A DNA stretch of 64,000 nucleotides from Gemmatimonadales bacterium. GTDB lineage: Bacteria > Gemmatimonadota > Gemmatimonadetes > Gemmatimonadales > GWC2-71-9. The notes under the pieces were generated by a model. The model was not told the origin of the DNA and made no database searches. It saw nothing but the letters and a program-made list of their open reading frames with translations. Position numbers and translations under genes: made by a program. Every line of letters starts with the position of its first letter. Within the stretch, counting starts at the first letter, position 1. This document shows, piece by piece, positions 20,163 through 28,109 of this stretch. The stretch lies in NCBI GenBank assembly GCA_035299765.1, contig DATGVZ010000014.1:11888-75887 (forward strand). The letters are read 5' to 3'.

Positions 20163-21026
20163 GTGTTGTCGGGATTCACGCTGGTGCGGAACGCGGTCAA
20201 GCTGGACTTTCCGATCGTTCCGGCGATCGAGTCGGTGCTGGCGGTCTGCGACGAAGTCGTCGTCAACGTCGGTAAGTCCGAAGATGAGACGCGCGATCTG
20301 GTCGCGTCGATCGACGACCCGCGGGTTCGCATCGTCGATACCGAGTGGGATTTCACCAAGAAAAACGTCATGCTGTCCATCGAGACGCAGCGCGCCATGG
20401 ACGCGTGCCGCGGCTCGTGGGGCATCTACATCCAGGCGGACGAAGTGCTGCACGAGCGCGGCGCCCAGATCCTCAAGGAGAGGGTCGCCGAGTGGGATAA
20501 AGATGAAAGGGTGGAAGGGTTACTCGTGAAGTACCTGCATTTCTACGGCGCCTTCGATCGGATTGCCACGAGCAGGCGCTGGTATCGCCGTGAGGTGCGC
20601 TGCATCCGACTCGGCAAAGACATCCATCCCTATCAAGGCGCGCAGGGATTTCGCGTGGGCCCGAATAACCGAAAAATCCGCGCCCGCGCGACCGAGGCGG
20701 TGATGTTTCACTACGGCTGGGCCCGCCCCGCTCACGCCATCAAAGAGAAGCTCGAGATCTCGAAGACGATTTATCCGTGGAGCGCCGAGCGTTCGGAAAA
20801 GGAGCAGGCGCGTGGCTTCCTGGAATGGACCCCGCTGCTGCGGCACTTCACGGGCGAGCACCCCACGGCCGCGCGCGAATGGATTGCAAAGCGGAGCCAC
20901 GATCCCGCGCGCGTGATCGGCCCCGCGCACTTCAAGCCCGAGCACCTGCGCTTTTACCTCTCGGACTGGGTGGAGCGGCTGACGGGCGCCCGCGTGTTCG
21001 AGTTCCGCAATTACGAGATCGTGTAG
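20163..21026 (+). CDS. glycosyltransferase (GT2-like, msbA-associated type)
   Basis: Start at GTG 20163, 1 nt after the msbA stop. SGFTLVRNAVKLDFPI..CDEVVVNVG.SEDETRDL..YIQADEVLHE resembles the small GT2-like family often annotated beside LPS genes. The N-terminal 40 aa of the track ORF overlap msbA. Confidence 0.65.
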   Translation: MLSGFTLVRNAVKLDFPIVPAIESVLAVCDEVVVNVGKSEDETRDLVASIDDPRVRIVDTEWDFTKKNVMLSIETQRAMDACRGSWGIYIQADEVLHERGAQILKERVAEWDKDERVEGLLVKYLHFYGAFDRIATSRRWYRREVRCIRLGKDIHPYQGAQGFRVGPNNRKIRARATEAVMFHYGWARPAHAIKEKLEISKTIYPWSAERSEKEQARGFLEWTPLLRHFTGEHPTAAREWIAKRSHDPARVIGPAHFKPEHLRFYLSDWVERLTGARVFEFRNYEIV

Positions 21027-21955
21027 GGAGTGGGCCGGCCGGGGCCCAGCGCGCCGGTCGCGAGCAGATTTCGATACAGACTCAGGTACTGCTCCGCCAT
21101 CGTGATGTGTGTGAAGTACCGCTCCGCATGCGCCCGGCACGCCTCCGCTGAGCGGGTCTCGATCGTGCGCGAAGCCGCGATCAATTCGTCGAGCGTGTCG
21201 CCCAGCGCGCCGACGGCGGGAGTCACGATCTCAGGGAGTGCGCCGCGGCGGGTTCCGACGACGGGCGTTCCCGAAAACAGCGCCTCGATGAGCGTGAGGC
21301 CGAACGGCTCGTCCCACAACGCGGGCATCCACAGGCACCGCGCGCCGGCGAGCAGCTCGTGCTTGCGGGCGCTATCCACGACCCCGGCGTAACGGATGCG
21401 ACGGCGGAAACTGGGCCGCCACCCTCCGGCGACGATGAGGCGCCGGCCGGTGCGCTTCGCAGCCTCGATGGCCCAGCGGTACCCCTTCACGCTGTGCAGC
21501 CTGCCGATGAATAGATCGTAGTCGTCCTTGTGCGCGCGGAACGTGAAATCGGCGGGATTGAGGCCGTTGTAAGCGAAGGTCGTCGCACCATGGCGTCGCG
21601 CGTGATTCCGCGACAAGAACACGGTGTTGGGAGGCACCGCTTCGCCGGCCGCGAGATTCCCGTGCAACGTCTGCACGAAAGGAACGCCGCCTGGCAGCCG
21701 GGGCACGACGTAGTGCGCGTGCAGGATTTCGACGCCGACCGGGACGTGACTGCGTACGTCACCCTCGCGGCCGAGCAGCACGGCGGCAGGCACATCGATC
21801 ACCATGGCGCCGGGCACGTGAGTGCCTCGCGGCGCGAGCAGTGAGACGCGGTGACCAAGCGCCGCGAGACCTTCGATCAAAGCCACGACCACGCGCTGCG
21901 TTCCACCGTATCCGCGTGCCGGCAGAGGATGGCGCGACGCGATGGCGACGTGCAG
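21011..21955 (-). CDS. glycosyltransferase family 4, downstream copy of a tandem pair (probable CTG start)
   Basis: 314 aa, roughly 60 percent identical by eye to the upstream copy. Its first codon aligned to the paralog's ATG is CTG (21955..21953). A GAGAGGGGGG SD-like run lies 9 nt upstream. The rest of the 534-aa track ORF is an out-of-frame shadow of the paralog. Confidence 0.75.
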   Translation of the reverse strand: MHVAIASRHPLPARGYGGTQRVVVALIEGLAALGHRVSLLAPRGTHVPGAMVIDVPAAVLLGREGDVRSHVPVGVEILHAHYVVPRLPGGVPFVQTLHGNLAAGEAVPPNTVFLSRNHARRHGATTFAYNGLNPADFTFRAHKDDYDLFIGRLHSVKGYRWAIEAAKRTGRRLIVAGGWRPSFRRRIRYAGVVDSARKHELLAGARCLWMPALWDEPFGLTLIEALFSGTPVVGTRRGALPEIVTPAVGALGDTLDELIAASRTIETRSAEACRAHAERYFTHITMAEQYLSLYRNLLATGALGPGRPTPYTIS

Positions 21956-21957
21956 GG

Positions 21958-22923
21958 CTAGCGGCCCCCCTCTCGCACTTCGTCTTGCGTTGCGCGGCCC
22001 TTGGGGAGCGTTCCGCTCGAGATCACCGCCTGATACATGCGGACGTACTCCGCGGCCATCACGAGATGGGTGAACCAGCGCTCGGCGTGCGTGCGGCAGG
22101 CCGCCGGATCGCGCGTGCCGATCGTTTGCGCCGCCGCGATCATTTCGTCGAGCGTCTTGCAGACCGCGCCAACCGCCGGCGTCAGGATCTCCGGCAGGGC
22201 GCCGCGTTTGGTGCCGAGCACGGGCGTGCCGGAGAACAGCGCCTCGATCGTCGGGAGGCCGAACGGCTCGTCCCATTGGGCCGGCATCCAGAGACACCGC
22301 GCGCGGGCCAGCAGCACCGCTTTGCGCTTCCCGCCGACTTCGCCGACGTACTTGATGACGCCGGTGAAGCTGGGCCGCCAGCCACCCGCGACGATCAGTC
22401 TTCTGCCGGTGCTCTTCGCCGCATCCACGGCCCAGTGATAACCGCGGTCGCTGTGCAGTTTGCCCAGGAAGAGATCCCACTGCTCCTTGCGGCGGCGAAA
22501 GATGTATTCGGCGGGATCCAGTCCGTTGTACACGAACGACTCGCTGCCGTGGCGTTTGGCGTGGTCGCGTGAGAGGAAAATGGTGTTGGGGGGGAGCGGG
22601 GTGCCGGGTTTCCAATTGCCGTGCAGCGTGTGAACGAAAGGGAGGTCTTTGGCCCCCCCCCCCCGTTTGAGCGGAAAATGCGCGTGCAGGACGTCGGCGC
22701 CGTCGGGGACGAAAGGCGAAAGGTCGCCACCCGTATTCCTGAGGGTGCTCGGGGCGACCTCGATGACCTTCGATGCTTCAGTGAGGCGGGTGCCGGGCTG
22801 GGCAATGACGCTGACCCGATGACCGTGAGCGGCGAGCCCGCGAACCAACGCAACGACGACGCGTTGTGGTCCGCCATAGCCTTCAACCGGCAGTCGGTGA
22901 TGTGAAGCGATCACGACGTGCAT
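21958..22923 (-). CDS. glycosyltransferase family 4, upstream copy of a tandem pair; contains a G12 tract
   Basis: 321 aa. MHVVIASHHRLPVEGYGGPQRVV.., ..WDEPFGLPTIEALFSGTPV.. (the E-x7-E region of GT4). Confidence 0.88.
   Translation of the reverse strand: MHVVIASHHRLPVEGYGGPQRVVVALVRGLAAHGHRVSVIAQPGTRLTEASKVIEVAPSTLRNTGGDLSPFVPDGADVLHAHFPLKRGGGAKDLPFVHTLHGNWKPGTPLPPNTIFLSRDHAKRHGSESFVYNGLDPAEYIFRRRKEQWDLFLGKLHSDRGYHWAVDAAKSTGRRLIVAGGWRPSFTGVIKYVGEVGGKRKAVLLARARCLWMPAQWDEPFGLPTIEALFSGTPVLGTKRGALPEILTPAVGAVCKTLDEMIAAAQTIGTRDPAACRTHAERWFTHLVMAAEYVRMYQAVISSGTLPKGRATQDEVREGGR
22653..22664 (-). repeat. homopolymer G12 (coding strand) inside the GT4 glycosyltransferase
   Basis: CGG GGG GGG GGG GCC encodes R-G-G-G-A. 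Counted twice against the protein translation. Confidence 0.9.
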
Positions 22924-22979
22924 CGGAGTCCCAGTATAACTACCTTGGGACCAGGACGCCCCGGCTGAGGGGGCGGTGA

Positions 22980-23009
22980 TTGCTCGCGGGGGAACCGTCT
23001 CGTTAGACT
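22980..23009 (+). promoter_or_regulatory. promoter candidate TTGCTC-18-TAGACT, 7 nt before ATG 23017
   Basis: Read directly. On the opposite strand TATACT (22938..22933) sits 9 nt before ATG 22923. Confidence 0.45.
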
Positions 23010-23016
23010 TCGGAAC

Positions 23017-23769
23017 ATGCCGACACCGGTGACGGCCGTCATCCCAACTCTCAACGAAGCAAATCAGATCGCAGACTGCGTTCGCGCGGTCACATGGGCC
23101 GACGAGGTCATCGTCGCGGATGGCGGCTCGAGCGATGAAACGACGAGAGCGGCCGCGGCCGCGGGCGCGACGGTATTACAGGGCCGGTGGAATACGATTG
23201 CGGCGCAGCGCAACGCCGCGATCGCGGCCGCGCGCAACCAGTGGGTGTTCGCGGTCGATGCCGATGAGCGGGTCGGCCGCGATCTCGCTGAGGAAATCGG
23301 GGCAACCGTGGCCACGCCGGCTCATCCCGCCTACGCGGTGCGTCGGGCCAACATGTACCTGGGTCGCACCATGCGGTACAGCGGCTGGGGAGACGATTGG
23401 GTCATCCGACTGTTCCAGCGCGATCGCCGCTTTGTGGAGCGGCGAGTGCACGAGCATTTGGAACACGTCGACGACATCGGACGTTTGCGTGCGTCGCTGT
23501 TGCATGTCCCCTACCGCGACTTGTCACATCATCTTGAAAAGCTGGACCGCTATGCCACCTGGAGCGCGGAAGAAATGGCCGAGCGCGGCCGGCGAGCGCA
23601 TCTGCCTGACATTCTCCTGCGCCCGCCCGCGACGTTTTTCAAAGTGTACTTCGTGCGTCTTGGTGTGCTCGATGGGTGGCGAGGCGCGGTGCTGTCCGGC
23701 CTCGCGGCGGTGCATGTGTTCCTCAAGTACGTCCGGCTATGGGATCTGCAGCATAAAGTCGATGGCTAA
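23017..23769 (+). CDS. glycosyltransferase family 2 (WaaE/KdtX-like LPS core glycosyltransferase)
   Basis: 250 aa. VIPTLNEA.., ADGGSSDET and VDADER motifs, with the C-terminal amphipathic region typical of this subfamily. Confidence 0.85.
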   Translation: MPTPVTAVIPTLNEANQIADCVRAVTWADEVIVADGGSSDETTRAAAAAGATVLQGRWNTIAAQRNAAIAAARNQWVFAVDADERVGRDLAEEIGATVATPAHPAYAVRRANMYLGRTMRYSGWGDDWVIRLFQRDRRFVERRVHEHLEHVDDIGRLRASLLHVPYRDLSHHLEKLDRYATWSAEEMAERGRRAHLPDILLRPPATFFKVYFVRLGVLDGWRGAVLSGLAAVHVFLKYVRLWDLQHKVDG

Positions 23770-24940
23770 GACTTTTCTTCTGACCGGCGAGTTTCCGCCG
23801 ATGCAAACCGGCATCGCCCGCATGATGGGCGAGGTCACGCGTCGTTACCCCCGCGGCGAGCTCCTCGTCTCGACCGGCCAGCATCGCGATTCCCAGGACT
23901 CCGACGTGCGCTTCAGCGGCGCCGTCGTCGACCGGTTGCCGGTGCCGAGCAAGGCACTGCGCAATCTCGCCGGCTTGCTGTTCTGGGCGCGTCGCGTCGC
24001 CTCGCTCGCCCGCCAGCACAAGCCGCGCTTCGCGTGGTGCGATTCGATCAGACCCTGCACTTATCCCGCCAAATGGATGCACGAGCGCGTCGGCACGAAG
24101 TATGGCGTCTTCGTGCACGGCGGCGATCTGCTGAAAGAGCTGCACGCGATCCATCACTCGCGCTTCGCGCGCAAGACCGCGAAGGCGCTGTTAGGATCCG
24201 CCGTCGCGGTCGTCGCGAACAGTCAATGGACGCGCGAGCAGGCGCAGAAGGTGTTGCGTGAATTGGGACTCGATCCGCTCGCTGAGACCGTCCGACTCGT
24301 CCCGCTCGGCACTGATCCGGAGCAGTTCCGTCCCGGTATCGACACGCGCGCGGTGCGAACGCGCTATGGATTGAACGGCGGCGAATGGGTGCTCACCGTG
24401 GCACGGCTCGAGGCCTACAAGGGCGTCGACATGGCGCTCAAGGCGGTCGCGCAGTGCCGGTCCGATGGCCTGGACATCAATTACCTGATCGTCGGCAGCG
24501 GTAAGAAAAGGAAAGCGTATCAGAAGATGGCGGGGGAGCTACAGATCGCGGATCATGTCCGGTTCGTCGGCAACGTTCCGGAAGCAGAGCTGCCCGCCGT
24601 CTTCAACATCGCGAGCGCGTACATCGGCGTGTCCCGCCGGGCGGACGGATCGCGCGTCGAAGGATTCGGTGTCGCGCTCGCCGAGGCCAGCGCCTCGGGC
24701 TTGCCGGTGATCGCGGGTCAGTCGGGCGGATTGGCCGAAGCCGTCAATGACGGCGAAACCGGCTTCGTGGTGAATCCCGACGATCCCGACGCCGTTGCCG
24801 CCGCGCTCAAGCGGCTGCTCGGCGATCAGCTGCTGGCGCGCCGTCTCGGGCAAGCGGGCCGTAAGGCGATCGAGACCTACTACAACTGGGACCGTGTGAT
24901 CCGCGACCTGCGAGACATCGAATCACAGGTCTCCTCCTAG
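23762..24940 (+). CDS. glycosyltransferase family 4
   Basis: 392 aa from ATG 23762 (8-nt overlap with the upstream GT2). EGFGVALAEASASGLPVIAG is the E-x7-E motif. The upstream part of the 606-aa track ORF is a shadow frame. Confidence 0.88.
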   Translation: MAKTFLLTGEFPPMQTGIARMMGEVTRRYPRGELLVSTGQHRDSQDSDVRFSGAVVDRLPVPSKALRNLAGLLFWARRVASLARQHKPRFAWCDSIRPCTYPAKWMHERVGTKYGVFVHGGDLLKELHAIHHSRFARKTAKALLGSAVAVVANSQWTREQAQKVLRELGLDPLAETVRLVPLGTDPEQFRPGIDTRAVRTRYGLNGGEWVLTVARLEAYKGVDMALKAVAQCRSDGLDINYLIVGSGKKRKAYQKMAGELQIADHVRFVGNVPEAELPAVFNIASAYIGVSRRADGSRVEGFGVALAEASASGLPVIAGQSGGLAEAVNDGETGFVVNPDDPDAVAAALKRLLGDQLLARRLGQAGRKAIETYYNWDRVIRDLRDIESQVSS

Positions 24941-24941
24941 C

Positions 24942-26081
24942 TCAGCCAGATCGGCGCAACGTACTCGCCTGCTCCGCCGGCCGCGCGATAATCGCGTAGG
25001 TCGGGCAATGCCGAATGTAGCCGCCATCGAGTGGCGACCATTCCTGGTCCGGCTGCGTCACCACCGCCTTCCGCTCCGAATCGAGCACGAACATTCCCTG
25101 CGGGGCCTGCACGAGGCACGTGCCGCACCCGATGCAGCGATCGCGCTCCACCCGGACCACGACCCGGCGCTTCGGGAAAATTCCCACGTCGCCCGGCTCA
25201 GGCCATTCATCCTCGCGATCGAGCGCGGCGCTCGTCGCGCGATAGCCCTCCTCGACCTCCTCGCGCAGATGATCGAATGAAAACAGCGACACGTGCTCGA
25301 CGCGGGGCTGGATGTAGTAGACCGGCGGCGTGGTCCAGGTGCGCACGCGCTGCTCGAGCAGCGTTTGCATGAGAATCTCCGTCGCGCGCGCGAACACACC
25401 CGCAAAGCCCTCGTCCTGCGCATCCGCCGTGAGCACGCTCGAGGCCGAGACGTCCACCGCGATGATCAGCTCGGGCCCGAGTGCGCGCGCCGCGTCGAAC
25501 GGCACGTTGGCGACGACGGCGCCATCGACGAAGAAACGGCCGCCGATTTCATGCGGCGGGTAGTAGCCCGGCAGCGCGCATGAGGCGAACACGGCATCGG
25601 CGACGCGAATGTCGTCCAGGCCCGGCAACCCCCAGAAGACTTCCATTCCGGAATTGATATCGACGGTATTGACGACGACGGGGGGATCGAGCTGCTGGAA
25701 CGTGAGATCGCCGACCGTGCGCTTGATGAGATTCTCGAGCGGCTCCCTGCGGAACAGCGCCGGCGAGCGCATGCGCTTGAACGCCATGTCGGCGTGGGCG
25801 ACCGCGAACAGGTCTTTGCGCCGCAGCCCGAGCGCGATCTCGCGCAGCTTGGCGAGGCCCATGCCCCCCGCCCACGCGGCGCCGACGAGCGCACCGACGC
25901 TCGACCCGATGATCCGGGTCGGCCGGTGACCGCGCTCGAGCAAGGCCTGGAGCACGCCGACGTGGGCGACACCCTTCATGCCGCCGCCGCCCAGCACGAG
26001 GGTGAACGGTGTGTCTCTCTTCACAGCGCTATCCGCTTGCCCGGGGGGTTGAGTCCCGAGTAACGTAGTCGAGACCCCCAT
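24942..26081 (-). CDS. patatin-like phospholipase fused to a C-terminal single-cluster ferredoxin domain
   Basis: Patatin motifs GGGGMKG, GSSVG (nucleophile elbow) and DGAV. The C-terminal ~70 aa carry CIGCGTC..(33)..CP, as in small [3Fe-4S]/[4Fe-4S] ferredoxins. Start is ATG 26081 or GTG 26024 (giving MKRDTPFTLVLGGGG). Confidence 0.8.
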   Translation of the reverse strand: MGVSTTLLGTQPPGQADSAVKRDTPFTLVLGGGGMKGVAHVGVLQALLERGHRPTRIIGSSVGALVGAAWAGGMGLAKLREIALGLRRKDLFAVAHADMAFKRMRSPALFRREPLENLIKRTVGDLTFQQLDPPVVVNTVDINSGMEVFWGLPGLDDIRVADAVFASCALPGYYPPHEIGGRFFVDGAVVANVPFDAARALGPELIIAVDVSASSVLTADAQDEGFAGVFARATEILMQTLLEQRVRTWTTPPVYYIQPRVEHVSLFSFDHLREEVEEGYRATSAALDREDEWPEPGDVGIFPKRRVVVRVERDRCIGCGTCLVQAPQGMFVLDSERKAVVTQPDQEWSPLDGGYIRHCPTYAIIARPAEQASTLRRSG

Positions 26082-26925
26082 GCCGGCGCCACTCTTTTGG
26101 ACCCGACTCGCGCGTGATCCCTGGGCCCGCTTTGGGCTGGCGGTCGTCGGTGTCCTCGCGGTGCTGGCGTTGCTCGCGCCCTGGCTCTCGCCGGGCGATC
26201 CGTTTCGCGGCAATCTCGCCGCGAGTCTGCGTCCACCATCACGCACCTTCCTCCTCGGAAGCGACGCCCAGGGCCGCGACGTGCTGTCCCGCCTTCTCTA
26301 CGGCGCGCGACTATCATTGGCGGTCGGGCTCATCAGTCAAAGCATCGCGCTCACGATCGGCGTCACCCTCGGCCTGCTCGCGGGCTTCTACGGCCGCTGG
26401 ATGGACAGCGTGATCATGCGCGTCGCGGACGTGACGCTCGCGTTTCCTTCCTTATTGTTGCTCATCGCCATCGCGGCGGCCGTAAAACCGTCGCTGCCGG
26501 TCGTCTTTGTCGTCATCGGGCTCGTCGGATGGGCCGGCATGGCCAGGCTCGTGCGCGGCCAGGTACTGCTCGCCCGCGGTCTCGAGTACGTGCAGGCGGC
26601 GCGCGCGCTCGGTGCATCGGATATCCGAATTATCGCGCGGCACTTGCTGCCCAACGTGATCGCGCCCGTGATTGTTGCGGCGACGCTCGGCATCGGCGGT
26701 GCGATCATGGCGGAGGCCGCGTTGTCGTTCATCGGACTCGGCGCGCAGCCGCCAACGCCGTCGTGGGGCGCGATGGTCGCCGAGGGACGCGATCTGCTCC
26801 GCGTGGCCCCGTGGGTCTCGATTGCGCCGGGCGTCGCAATCGGCGTCGCCGTCCTGGGACTCAACCTCCTCGGCGACGGCCTGCGCGACGCCCTCGATGT
26901 GCGCGCCCAGACGCGCATCGCATGA
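26080..26925 (+). CDS. ABC transporter permease, DppC/OppC family (no partner subunits nearby)
   Basis: 281 aa. N-terminal ..LAPWLSPGDP.., EAA-loop-like AEAALSFIGLG, and the typical C-terminal LNLLGDGLRDALD. Confidence 0.85.
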   Translation: MPAPLFWTRLARDPWARFGLAVVGVLAVLALLAPWLSPGDPFRGNLAASLRPPSRTFLLGSDAQGRDVLSRLLYGARLSLAVGLISQSIALTIGVTLGLLAGFYGRWMDSVIMRVADVTLAFPSLLLLIAIAAAVKPSLPVVFVVIGLVGWAGMARLVRGQVLLARGLEYVQAARALGASDIRIIARHLLPNVIAPVIVAATLGIGGAIMAEAALSFIGLGAQPPTPSWGAMVAEGRDLLRVAPWVSIAPGVAIGVAVLGLNLLGDGLRDALDVRAQTRIA

Positions 26926-28109
26926 CGGAGATCGCCTATCACCCCACGCACGTTCGCGCGCTGCGCGAGACGTTCAAGGCGCTGCGCACCGCCGAGTTCC
27001 CGTGGACGGCCGACACGGTTTATCTCAACAACGCATCCATAGGGCCGATCCCCGAGCGCACGCGCCGCGCGCTCGACGAATTCACGGCCAAACGCACCGC
27101 TCCACATCTCCTGCCGGACCGCGAGCTGTTCGGCGGTCTCGCGGCGGCCCGACTCGGTATCGCGCAACTCATCAATGCAGATCCGTCCGAGATCGCCCTC
27201 GCCACAAATACCGGTTTCGGGCTGCACCTCGCGGCCCGGGCGTTGCCGCTCAAAGCGGGAGATACGGTCCTGCTTTCTGACAAGGAGTTTCCGGCGAACG
27301 TCTACCCGTGGTTGCTGCTGCGGGAGCAGGGGATCAAGGTCGAGATGGCGCGTTGCCGGCCGGAAGGGTGGCCCGACGAAGAGCACCTGCTCGAGCGGCT
27401 GCGCGATCCCGGCGTACGCGTGCTCGCCGTCTCATTCGTGCAGTTCTCAAACGGCTATCGCGCCGACCTGAAGAAACTCGGCGCCGCCTGCCGCGCCAAC
27501 GGCACTTTTCTTGTGGTCGACGGCATACAGGGCATCGGCAATTCGGTGCTCGATGTGCGCGACACGCCGATCGATATCCTTTCATGTGGCGGGCAGAAGT
27601 GGCTGCTGTCGCCGTGGGGCTCGGGATTTGTGTATGTGCGCAAGGAGCTGATCGAGCAGCTCGAGCCGACGATCACCGGCTGGATGGCCTTCGAGGGGAC
27701 GGACGACTTCTCGCGACTCACCGAGTACAACCCGACATTCCGCTCCGATGCGCGCCGCTTTGAGATGATCACGCTGCCGTATCAGGACTTCGTCGGCATG
27801 ACGACGTCCCTGGGGCTGCTGCTGGAAATCGGCGTTCGCGACGTCGCTGAAGTCACGCGCGCGATGCACGAGCCGGTTGTGAAGTGGGCGCAGGAGAACG
27901 ACGTGCGCATCGCGTCACCGCTCGACGAGCGCCACCGCTCGGCGATCCTCTGCGTCGCGCCGGCGAAACCGGTCGAGGCCTATCACGGCATGAAGCGCGC
28001 GCACGTGGTGTGCAGCCTCCGCGAGGGCGCGATTCGCCTTTCGCCGCACTGCTACAACACGATGGAAGAGATGGAGAAGGTGATCGAGGTGCTCGACGAC
28101 CTTGGCTAA
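26922..28109 (+). CDS. class V aminotransferase / cysteine-desulfurase-like PLP enzyme
   Basis: 395 aa from ATG 26922 (ATGA overlap with the permease stop). ..VYLNNASIGP.., VDGIQGIG and the PLP lysine context SCGGQKWLLSP. Confidence 0.8.
   Translation: MTEIAYHPTHVRALRETFKALRTAEFPWTADTVYLNNASIGPIPERTRRALDEFTAKRTAPHLLPDRELFGGLAAARLGIAQLINADPSEIALATNTGFGLHLAARALPLKAGDTVLLSDKEFPANVYPWLLLREQGIKVEMARCRPEGWPDEEHLLERLRDPGVRVLAVSFVQFSNGYRADLKKLGAACRANGTFLVVDGIQGIGNSVLDVRDTPIDILSCGGQKWLLSPWGSGFVYVRKELIEQLEPTITGWMAFEGTDDFSRLTEYNPTFRSDARRFEMITLPYQDFVGMTTSLGLLLEIGVRDVAEVTRAMHEPVVKWAQENDVRIASPLDERHRSAILCVAPAKPVEAYHGMKRAHVVCSLREGAIRLSPHCYNTMEEMEKVIEVLDDLG

Noticed and set aside
21011-22615. A 534-aa ORF that could be read as one large glycosyltransferase.
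   Set aside because: Only the C-terminal 314 aa are GT4-like. The N-terminal 220 aa are an out-of-frame shadow of the upstream paralog (21958..22923) and are compositionally Arg/Gly/Asp-rich nonsense.
24942-26081. Patatin as a CBASS or other abortive-infection effector.
   Set aside because: No cyclase/nucleotidyltransferase, SAVED/CARF sensor or other defence gene is adjacent. The flanking genes are a glycosyltransferase and an ABC permease.
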